A program made the position numbers and the translations under genes. Shown here in pieces: positions 1-8,900 of a stretch of 64,000 nucleotides of DNA. The notes below the pieces were generated by a model. The model saw nothing but the letters and a program-made list of their open reading frames with translations. It made no database searches and was not told the origin of the DNA. Source of the DNA: Nemertoderma westbladi (lineage: Eukaryota > Animalia > Xenacoelomorpha). The stretch spans positions 1 to 64,000 of the forward strand of contig JAUCBJ010006054.1 of NCBI GenBank assembly GCA_032718475.1, in the 5' to 3' direction. Each line of letters opens with the position of its first letter. The first letter of the stretch is position 1.

Positions 1-267
1 TGTTGATGGAAAATTATATTCGGAATACTGATAAACAATCAGACACCCCAATCTTCTTGATATAATAAAGGTTAGAGAGACCGGATACATATAACGATTG
101 CGACTTACATTAAGTGGTTTGAAGTGAATCTAATGCTATTTTATAGGCCCTACACGTATTGTCTGTTGTTCTCCTTATATGTGACTAAAATTAGTGAAGG
201 TCGGCAGATTGGTGTGCAGTATTGTGCAGCATTGTGTATGATTGTGATTGATAACGAAGCATCAGGT

Positions 268-662
268 GAGACCTGGACACTGACTAAATCACTTGAACAA
301 CGAATTGATGGTTGCTACACAAGACTACTAAGGGCAGCCCTAAACATCAGCTGGAGACAACACATGACAAACGCCGAGCTTTATGGTACAATACCACCTG
401 TATCAACCACCCTCCGTGAACGCAGATTAAGATTCAGTGGGCACTGCTGGCGAAGTAAAGACGAGGTCATACCAGATCTACTTTTCTGGCAACCAACTCA
501 TGGAAAGCGTAGTCGTGGACGACCTGCCATAACATATATAGATCAACTTGAAAGGGATACTGAACTTGGGAGAAACGAAATTGCGACAACTATGGAGAAT
601 CGGGAAGCCTGGAAGGATCTCATTTCCACTGTCCGAGTTCGCTCGACCTAGTAGTAGTAGTA
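268..662 (+). mobile_element. 5'-truncated non-LTR retrotransposon (RTE-clade LINE), 3' end
   Basis: ORF 124-651 from ETWTLTK onward reads ETWTL...IDGCYTRLLRAALNISWRQHMTNAELY...LRERRLRFSGHCWR...LLFWQPTHGKRSRGRPAITYIDQL...MENREAW, the typical region C-terminal to reverse transcriptase in RTE-type elements. The stop codon runs straight into a (TAG)n tail at 649-662. The RT core is absent and no target-site duplication was seen. Confidence 0.85.
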
Positions 663-845
663 ATTGAATTAGGACCGGGGTAACTATTTTCAGCTTGTAT
701 TATTGGAAAATTTTTTTATTACGGCGTATTTTACCTAAAAAAATTCCGAAAAGAAAGGTAACAATGAATAATATATTTGAAAAAATGATCTTATCTATAG
801 ACTCAAGCTGCCCCAGTATTGTCATGTCGCTTAATCAATAATATT

Positions 846-1160
846 TTGACCAATGGGTATATTTATAATGGGTGTGTCTTTAAAACGTCGTTTGCGCGCC
901 GCAATCGTTCGTTTTAGTAAATGATTACAGAAAAATATCCATCGGGAGAGAAAGTTTGCGATGCCGACATTAAATTAAATTCGCTCATGCTTAAAATTAT
1001 GAAACTTCTAAGAAGCTACACAGTTAATACAGTGTTGACGTCAATCAATTTAACCGTGAGTAATATTCTGCGGAATTTTGAGGGTGTGTCTATAAAAATT
1101 TATATAGACCGCATTAATCGCCACCGCAAGCTGTTACCACTTACGTCAACCAATTTAAGC
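846..1160 (+). promoter_or_regulatory. Cluster of Pol II promoter-like motifs, partly duplicated
   Basis: CCAAT 850-854; GGGTGTGTCT+TTAAAA 870-885; palindromic CRE TTGACGTCAA 1035-1044; GGGTGTGTC+TATAAAA 1082-1097; TTACGTCAACCAAT 1141-1154. Lies upstream of ORF 1414. Confidence 0.4.
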
Positions 1161-1413
1161 GTAAATAAATATTTCCTTTGAAATTTAGGAAGTTTTTCAA
1201 AAAAAATTCTCTCAGGACAATAGCAATTAATCCGGTTGAGTGGTTAAAATATACCCGTTTTCCCGATAGCCCATCATTATATTATAAATACGTCGTAAAA
1301 TACTTTATTTCGTCATTCGGGTTATAATTCATTATTCATATTTTTCGCACATTGTATAGCGTGATATTATTGTATTTTTACACTTAATTATTAATATTTC
1401 GCAAAATTTGTTG

Positions 1414-2301
1414 ATGGAATCTGTGAAACCATCACAACCAAAAATGATGTCATTAAGCGGTAGCTCTACTGATAGTGCGCCCGCCCCATACGTATCGGTG
1501 ATTACAGGTAAGAGTGTGTGGGGCCTCGAGTGTTTGGGGGAAGGAATAGAAATAAAAGCATTTAACGGGAAATACGTTCGATTCAACCATTGGGGTGATA
1601 CCAAAGGACGCAACGTCGTGCAAGAATCGGTAAGTCTTACTTACCAGAACATAAGATTCCTATTTGACTTCCTCAATTATAATAAAATAGCCATTGAATA
1701 TTACAAGGAATACACCAGAGGCAATTTGCTTATAACGCCAATAAATCATGCGTACTTACGCATTGGGAAAAACGGCGCATCAATTTTTATCTCGCAAAAA
1801 ATTCTAGATGTCTTACAAAGCATCTACGGCAAAGTCGTTCTTTCCCGTATTGAACCGAAGAAAAAGGAAATTCACGGTGATAATTTTATGGAGTTCGAAG
1901 ATTGTGGGTACATTGGATATATCTACGACTTTGAAGGGCAACGATTTGTCGGCGTTTGGGAAGCGGATGATATAGGTAGACAGCGGAAGGGTGTTCTATA
2001 TTACGATGGGTTGAATCTCAGAGCGGATGAATTCTGTTTGCTCGACTTTAACATAGATAAGAATGTTAACGAGAATATCGATGAGGTTAGTATGAGGTAC
2101 ACATCAACCGTTAACGAAAACGGGATATATTTGTCCCACAACTTCGACACCAAGGTTATTTTCATCCCCCGAAACAACACAAATGTCAAGATAATTAAGC
2201 AATTACAGAAGTACGCGGACCGCGATATTCCGTCTGGGTGTGAGTTTCTACCGATTAAAAAGTTAGTTGTTGAATTATTCTATAATTCATGGAATTATTG
2301 A
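1414..2301 (+). CDS. Intronless 295-aa protein with two putative PC4-like (ssDNA-binding) domains, probably mobile-element or viral cargo
   Basis: Long open frame in AT-rich DNA, first ATG at 1414. Segment YIGYIYDFEGQRFVGVWE...DGLNLRADEFCLLDFNI resembles the PC4 pattern YVSVRDFKGKVLIDIRE...KGISLNPEQWSQLKEQI. A second segment IEIKAFNGKYVRFNHW...SVSLTYQNIRFL fits the same pattern. Alignment by eye only. Confidence 0.6.
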   Translation: MESVKPSQPKMMSLSGSSTDSAPAPYVSVITGKSVWGLECLGEGIEIKAFNGKYVRFNHWGDTKGRNVVQESVSLTYQNIRFLFDFLNYNKIAIEYYKEYTRGNLLITPINHAYLRIGKNGASIFISQKILDVLQSIYGKVVLSRIEPKKKEIHGDNFMEFEDCGYIGYIYDFEGQRFVGVWEADDIGRQRKGVLYYDGLNLRADEFCLLDFNIDKNVNENIDEVSMRYTSTVNENGIYLSHNFDTKVIFIPRNNTNVKIIKQLQKYADRDIPSGCEFLPIKKLVVELFYNSWNY

Positions 2302-2386
2302 TGGAATGATTCATTATAGTATTATACATTATTATTATACACATATTTATTTATTTATTACTTTATTTTATTTATTATACGCGGAT

Positions 2387-2827
2387 ATGTTGGGGGAAAA
2401 TGAGCTTGTGGTGGATGAGGTAGATATGGATGTGGAGGAAGAGGAGGAAGATGAGGATGTAGCAAATGAAATAGCGAAGGAGAACGAAGAGATATTGGTG
2501 GCAATGTATGTGAGGGAGAGAGAAGAAGCGCGGCTAGAAAGATTGTTAAATCCAAGGAATGAGTGGGAGGAGATAGAAAAAAAACATTATTTGGAGGAAG
2601 AGGCGAGGAAGAACAGCGCGTGGGGAGAAGATTGGACGTTAGAAATGGAGGCGGAGGGGGATAGGAGAACGCGGGAGGCGGAGAGATGTGCGCGGGAGAA
2701 AGCGATGGAGGAGAGAATCAATATGTTGGAAGGAATGATGGAGATGTTGGGTGATGGTGGTGGTGGTAATGATGCAGAGGATCAGGAAGAAGATTGGGCG
2801 GATGGCGATAGCGGGATAAGCGGGTAA
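2387..2827 (+). CDS. 146-aa highly acidic, probably helical or disordered protein of unknown function
   Basis: In-frame ATG at 2387 follows an AT-rich spacer. The sequence is strongly purine-biased and rich in E/D/R/M (VDMDVEEEEEDEDVANE...REREEARLERL). AATAAA at 2848-2853 follows the stop. Confidence 0.5.
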   Translation: MLGENELVVDEVDMDVEEEEEDEDVANEIAKENEEILVAMYVREREEARLERLLNPRNEWEEIEKKHYLEEEARKNSAWGEDWTLEMEAEGDRRTREAERCAREKAMEERINMLEGMMEMLGDGGGGNDAEDQEEDWADGDSGISG

Positions 2828-2876
2828 GGTGGTGGGAGAAATTTTTAAATAAAGCGGTGACGGATTTAAGTAAATG

Positions 2877-3041
2877 ATCAAATTAAAATAATAATATTAT
2901 AAATACAATAACCTTACTTCGATGCTATCACTCACTTCATGGCTCGCCCCATAGGTAGAATAATCAAATTAAAATAATATTATAAATACTATAACCTTAA
3001 CCCATATGCTAAGGCTTCACTCGCTTCATGGCTCGCCCCAT
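2877..3041. repeat. Imperfect direct repeat, 2 x about 77 bp
   Basis: 2877-2952 and 2963-3041 share ATCAAATTAAAATAAT..ATTATAAATAC.ATAACCTTA...TCACTC.CTTCATGGCTCGCCCCAT. Confidence 0.9.
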
Positions 3042-3198
3042 TTTTTCATCAAATCACGAAATCATGTTAAAGACTATATAACAAACGTCTGCAACCCACT
3101 TACTATATTGGGTTTTACCTATTGCGGTTCAAGGTCAAACGCCAGCCGGTAGACACAAATTAATTAAATTACTTCCGTCTGCGGACTGGCCTTATACC

Positions 3199-3232
3199 AC
3201 ATATGTCACATATACACAGTGGTGACATATGT
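3199..3232. repeat. Perfect 11-bp inverted repeat (hairpin)
   Basis: ACATATGTCAC (3199-3209) and GTGACATATGT (3222-3232), separated by a 12-nt loop. Confidence 0.75.
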
Positions 3233-3420
3233 TACATATGCGCAATGGTAACCATATATAGTAAGTGGGTGGGGTGACACAATGGTAATCATAGTAAGTA
3301 GGCGGGGCAAGAGCCGTTCGGCAAATTCTTTAACATGGTAGACTATGGCAGACGCTGTTTTATTTAAGTTGTTTATCATACTACTAATGTCACTTTGGAA
3401 TGACAATTGGACAGTCGTCT

Positions 3421-3466
3421 GAAGCTAGAGAGCTTCTTTCGCGGTGCGCCATCACCGCCAGCTAGT
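3421..3466 (+). mobile_element. Candidate Helitron-type 3' terminus
   Basis: GC-rich hairpin GCGGTG-cgccat-CACCGC (3441-3458), then CAG-CTAG|T (CTAG at 3462-3465), then an abrupt switch to AT-rich DNA. A second hairpin GAAGCT-agag-AGCTTC lies at 3421-3436. Confidence 0.4.
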
Positions 3467-3651
3467 GATTAATTTGAAACATTATTAGCAAATAAATTAC
3501 TTTAATTATTAAGTAATTAAACTTTAATATTATATTATAGAATTTTGCTATTATTTTTTATATTTTTTTACTTTTTACGGAACGGCCTACTATGAAGAAC
3601 GCAACATTCAGAAATGACTGGCACAAAGAAATACAATAATTTAACTCCAAC

Positions 3652-3963
3652 CTTGTCCGTCTATGTTCCAGAATAGAGCGTATTCATCAGGTTTGGCTAT
3701 TTTTAGTTTCTTCGCCATCACCATGCATACCTCCGCGCAATTGGTTTCCCTGGAGACGGGAATTGTTTTAGTAACGACCGCGAATTCGTTGGTCTTGTCG
3801 ACGCCCTCTATCGGCGCCACAACCTTAATATATCCGTCTAACGAACCAAAACTAAATCTTCTTTCACTAACAGAAACTTTGGCAGACCGTGGTGAAGCCA
3901 CCGCTGTTGTTATAACTCCCTGTTCATTACGAATTGTGTTCTTCAAGTCTTTTAAACATATTA
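3652..3963 (-). CDS. spri: Coding exon of RIN/sprint-family Ras effector and Rab5 GEF: end of VPS9 domain, linker and most of the RA domain
   Basis: Acceptor ttttatttAG at 3965-3964, donor CAAG|GTTGGA at 3651, 312 nt, phase 1-1. Encodes (V)ICLKDLKNTIRN...GYIKVVAPIEG...VVTKTIPVSRETNCAEVCMVMAKKLKIAKPDEYALFWNIDGQ, matching the RIN/sprint RA pattern TLPV..TT.EVC...A.K..I..P.DY.LF...DGE. Confidence 0.85.
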
Positions 3964-4016
3964 CTAAATAAAATTAAACCTATTTGGTTATATATAATAA
4001 TTATACGAAGTATCAA

Positions 4017-4100
4017 AGCAAGCAAACAGTCTGCCAGCCGGAGGCGACCCGAAGGCTCCTCCTTAGAAGGCTGCTACCCGAAGGTAGAGGTGGGCGCTAC
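4017..4100 (-). mobile_element. Possible SINE 3'-end fragment
   Basis: AAGCAAGCAA tail-like repeat followed by GGCGACCCGAAGGCTCC...GCTAC..CGA.G...G.GGGCGCTAC, which I recall as resembling the reverse-complemented 3' part of invertebrate SINEs. Not verified by search. Confidence 0.35.
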
Positions 4101-4318
4101 ACCTATCTGCTACCCGAAGGTAGAGGTGGGCGCTACATCTATCTGCTACCCGAGGGTAGGGGTGGGCACTACTCCTATCTGCTACCCGAAGGTAGGGGTG
4201 GGCGCTATTCCTATCTAGCTCCTCGAAGGTAGGGGTGGGCGCTACTCCTATCTGCTACACGAAGGTAAGGGTGTGCGCTACTCCTATCTGCTACCCGAGG
4301 GTAGAGGTGGGCGCTACC
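4071..4318. repeat. 36-bp GC-rich intronic minisatellite, about 7 copies
   Basis: Unit CTGCTACCCGAAGGTAG(A/G)GGTGGGCGCTACTCCTAT starting at 4071, 4107, 4143, 4179, 4215, 4252 and 4288. Confidence 0.95.
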
Positions 4319-4550
4319 ACCCATACTATATTTACACTTTTATATTAAACCATATTATATAACTTCGTATACTTCTAAGTTCTAACATAATTCGATAATT
4401 GTGAATATTTTATAACAAATTATCATAATAATTACGAGAAATAAAAATTATGATGCATAAAATGACATACCATGAACATATAGTCAGCGCAATGTAATGG
4501 CGAGGGCTATTTAACATTTGTCCCTATTACCTGTTGGTGTACATACAAAC

Positions 4551-4694
4551 CTGCACACTGTAAGGTCGTCAGATAATAATCGGTTTTCCCCACCAATTGG
4601 AACGGATCGAGTAAATTGATGAGATAAATCGTTTCCAATTCAACGTTGACAAATCCATTTTGAACCAGAATATAAATCAATAGAGGGAGGAATT
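4551..4694 (-). CDS. spri: Coding exon of RIN/sprint-family gene: C-terminal half of the VPS9 (Rab5 GEF) domain
   Basis: Acceptor tgtatttctacAG at 4696-4695, donor GCAG|GTTTGT at 4550, 144 nt, phase 1-1. Encodes (E)FLPLLIYILVQNGFVNVELETIYLINLLDPFQLVGKTDYYLTTLQCA(V), matching VPS9 FLP.L.Y.L...E..Y...LL.P..L.G...YYLT. It splices in frame to 3963, giving YYLTTLQCAVICLKDL. Confidence 0.9.
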
Positions 4695-4719
4695 CTGTAG
4701 AAATACAATGTAAAGTGGT

Positions 4720-5735
4720 AAACGTACACAATTAATTTAAATATGGATCAAACGTAAACAATTAATTTCAAAATGGATCAAACGTACACAATTAATTTCA
4801 ATATGGATCAAACGTACACAATTAATTTCAATATGGATCAAACGTAAACAATTAATTTCAATATGGATCAAACGTACACAATTAATTTAAATATGGATCA
4901 AACGTACACAATTAATTTCAATATGGATGAAACGTACACAATTAATTTCAATATGGATCAAACGTACACAATTAACTTCAATATGGATCAAAAGTACACA
5001 ATTAATTTCAATATGGATCAAACGCACACAATTAATTTAAATATGGATCAAACGTACACAATTAATTTCAATATGGATGAAACGTACACAATTAATTTAA
5101 ATATGGATCAAACGTACACAATTAATTTCAATATGGATCAAACGTAAACAATTAATTTCAATATGGATCAAACGTACACAATTAATTTCAATATGGATCA
5201 AACGTACACAATTAATTTCAATATGGATCAAACGTACACAATTAATTTCAATATGGATCAAACGTACACAATTAATTTCAATATGGATCATACGTACACA
5301 ATTAATTTCAATATGAATTAAACGTAAACAATTAATTTCAATATGGATCAAAAGTACACAATTAATTTCAATATGGATCAAACGTACACAATTAATTTAA
5401 ATATGGATCAAACGTATACAATTAATTTCAATATGGATCAAACGTACACAGTTAATTTCAATATGGATCAAACGTAAACAATTAATTTCAATATGGATCA
5501 AACGTACACAGTTAATTTCAATAAGGATCAAACGTACACAATTAATTTCAATATGGATCAAACGTACACAATTAATTTCAATATGGATCAAACGTACACA
5601 ATTAATTTCAATATGGATCAAACGTACACAATTAATTTTAATATGGATCAAACGTACACAATTAATTTAAATATGGATCAAACGTACACAATTAATTTCA
5701 ATATGGATCAAACGTACACAATTAATTTCAATATG
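4720..5735. repeat. 30-bp AT-rich tandem satellite, about 34 copies, intronic
   Basis: Unit AACGTACACAATTAATTTCAATATGGATCA with a strict 30-bp period and substitutions only. It ends about 25 nt from the splice acceptor at 4695. Confidence 0.98.
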
Positions 5736-5958
5736 TATCTTGAATATCATTATTGTCATTCTGTACTTACGCCCCCAGCGGTAATATTTGAAGATACATG
5801 TATTATTGTACACCAAAATACTCCAATAGTATATACTTACAAAATAATAATTTGTAAGTGGACTATTTTAATGATGTTGATGGCCATTGGCCATATATGA
5901 GTTTATACAGTCTTAGTTGAAGTAACATGACCTTCCAGTAGCTATTTTCAAGAAATAG

Positions 5959-8900
5959 TGCCATCAGCAAACATAGCTATGTACTAATGAACGCGCGATC
6001 AGCTCCAAATGTCAATGTACTAATAAACACGTACCATCAGCTCAAATAACAATGTACTAATAAACACGTACCATCAGCTCTAAATATCATGTATTAATAA
6101 ACACGTACCATCAGCTCCAAATATCATGTATTAATAAACACGTACCATCAGCTCCAAATAACAATGTACTAATAAACACGTACCATCAGCTCAAATAACA
6201 ATGTACTAATAAACACGTACCATCAGCTCCAAATAACAATGTACTAATAAACACGTACCATCAGCTCCAAATATCAATGTACTAATAAACACGTACCATC
6301 AGCTCCAAATATCATGTATTAATAAACACGTACCATCAGCTCCAAATGTCAATGTACTAATAAACACGTACCATCAGCTCCAAATATCAATGTACTAATA
6401 AACACGTACCATCAGCTCCAAATATAATGTATTAATAAACACGTACCATCAGCTCTAAATATCAATGTACTAATAAACACGTGCCATCAGCTCCAAATAA
6501 CATGTATTAATAAACACGTACCATCAGCTCCAAATATCATGTATTAATAAACACGTACCATCAGCTCCAAATAACAATGTACTAATAAACACGTACCATC
6601 AGCTCCAAATAACAATGTACTAATAAACACGTACCATCAGCTCCAAATAACAATGTACTAATGAACACGTACCATCAGCTCCAAATAACAATGTACTAAT
6701 AAACACGTACCATCAGCTCCAAATATCAATGTACTAATAAACGTACCATCAGCTCCAAATAACAATGTACTAATAAACACGTACCATCAGCTCCAAATAA
6801 CAATGTACTAATAAACGTATCATCAGCTCCAAATAACAATGTACTAATAAACACGTACCATCAGCTCCAAATAGCAATGTACTAATAAACACGTACCATC
6901 AGCTCCAAATAACAATGTACTAATAAACACGTACCATCAGCTCCATATAACAATGTACTAATAAACACGTACCATCAGCTCCAAATAACAATGTACTAAT
7001 AAACACGTACCATCAGCTCCAAATAACAATGTACTAATAAACACGTACCATCAGCTCCAAATATCAATGTACTAATAAACGTACCATCAGCTCCAAATAA
7101 CAATGTACTAATAAACACGTACCATCAGCTCCAAATATCAATGTACTAATAAACGTACCATCAGCTCCAAATAACAATGTACTAATAAACACGTACCATC
7201 AGCTCAAAATAACAATGTACTAATAAACACGTACCATCAGCTCCAAATAACAATGTACTAATAAACACGTACCATCAGCTCCAAATAACAATGTACTAAT
7301 AAACACGTACCATCAGCTCCAAATAACAATGTACTAATAAACACGTACCATCAGCTCCAAATAACAATGTACTAATAAACACGTACCATCAGCTCCAAAT
7401 AACAATGTACTAATAAACACGTACCATCAGCTCCAAATATCAATGTACTAATAAACGTACCATCAGCTCCAAATAACAATGTACTAATAAACACGTACCA
7501 TCAGCTCCAAATAACAATGTACTAATAAACACGTACCATCAGCTCCAAATAACAATGTACTAATAAACACGTACCATCAGCTCCAAATAACAATGTACTA
7601 ATAAACACGTACCATCAGCTCCAAATAACAATGTACTAATAAACACGTACCATCAGCTCCAAATAACAATGTACTAATAAACACGTACCATCAGCTCCAA
7701 ATAACAATATACTAATAAACACGTACCATCAGCTCCAAATAACAATGTACTAATAAACACGTACCATCAGCTCCAAATAACAATGTACTAATAAAAGTAT
7801 CATCAGCTCCAAATAACAATGTACTAATAAACACGTACCATCAGCTCCAAATAACAATGTACTAATAAACACGTACCATCAGCTCCAAATATCAATGTAC
7901 TAATAAACGTACCATCAGCTCCAAATAACAATGTACTAATAAACACGTACCATCAGCTCTAAATATCAATGTACTAATAAACACGTGCCATCAGCTCCAA
8001 ATAACATGTATTAATAAACACGTACCATCAGCTCCAAATATCATGTATTAATAAACACGTACCATCAGCTCCAAATAACAATGTACTAATAAACACGTAC
8101 CATCAGCTCCAAATAACAATGTACTAATAAACACGTACCATCAGCTCCAAATAACAATGTACTAATGAACACGTACCATCAGCTCCAAATAACAATGTAC
8201 TAATAAACACGTACCATCAGCTCCAAATATCAATGTACTAATAAACGTACCATCAGCTCCAAATAACAATGTACTAATAAACACGTACCATCAGCTCCAA
8301 ATAACAATGTACTAATAAACGTATCATCAGCTCCAAATAACAATGTACTAATAAACACGTACCATCAGCTCCAAATAGCAATGTACTAATAAACACGTAC
8401 CATCAGCTCCAAATAACAATGTACTAATAAACACGTACCATCAGCTCCATATAACAATGTACTAATAAACACGTACCATCAGCTCCAAATAACAATGTAC
8501 TAATAAACACGTACCATCAGCTCCAAATAACAATGTACTAATAAACACGTACCATCAGCTCCAAATATCAATGTACTAATAAACGTACCATCAGCTCCAA
8601 ATAACAATGTACTAATAAACACGTACCATCAGCTCCAAATATCAATGTACTAATAAACGTACCATCAGCTCCAAATAACAATGTACTAATAAACACGTAC
8701 CATCAGCTCAAAATAACAATGTACTAATAAACACGTACCATCAGCTCCAAATAACAATGTACTAATAAACACGTACCATCAGCTCCAAATAACAATGTAC
8801 TAATAAACACGTACCATCAGCTCCAAATAACAATGTACTAATAAACACGTACCATCAGCTCCAAATAACAATGTACTAATAAACACGTACCATCAGCTCC

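Noticed and set aside
1-129. Minus-strand open frame (IHFKPLNV...YMYPVSL...GCLIVYQY) as the last RA-domain exon
   Set aside because: Only faint resemblance to the RA C-terminus, and the available AG gives phase 0 whereas the donor at 3651 needs phase 1.
124-267. N-terminal part of the 175-aa ORF
   Set aside because: GTG start and no LINE-like sequence before ETWTL; probably flanking DNA that is in frame by chance.
650-700. AGTAGT as a Polinton/Maverick terminus
   Set aside because: Better explained as the LINE (TAG)n tail; no matching inverted terminus found near 3590 or elsewhere.
921-1181. 86-aa ORF
   Set aside because: No recognisable motif, and it overlaps the duplicated promoter-like motifs.
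3618-3651. 34-nt mini-intron after the RA exon (GT...TTTCTTTGTGCCAG)
   Set aside because: The resulting peptide VISECCVLHSRPFRKK* does not complete the RA fold; unsupported without RNA data.
1332-3971. Short shadow ORFs (1332-1613, 2001-2189, 2358-2555, 2639-2881, 3206-3406, 3663-3971)
   Set aside because: Antisense shadows of better-supported coding regions, or short frames without motifs.
3934-4232. ORFs with CYPKVEVGATPI or LLPEGRGGRY repeats
   Set aside because: Translations of the 36-bp minisatellite, overlapping the host exon and intron on the opposite strand.
4863-5900. ORFs (MDQTYTINFN)n and (LIHIEINCVR)n
   Set aside because: Translations of the 30-bp satellite, interrupted by sporadic stops and lying inside an intron.
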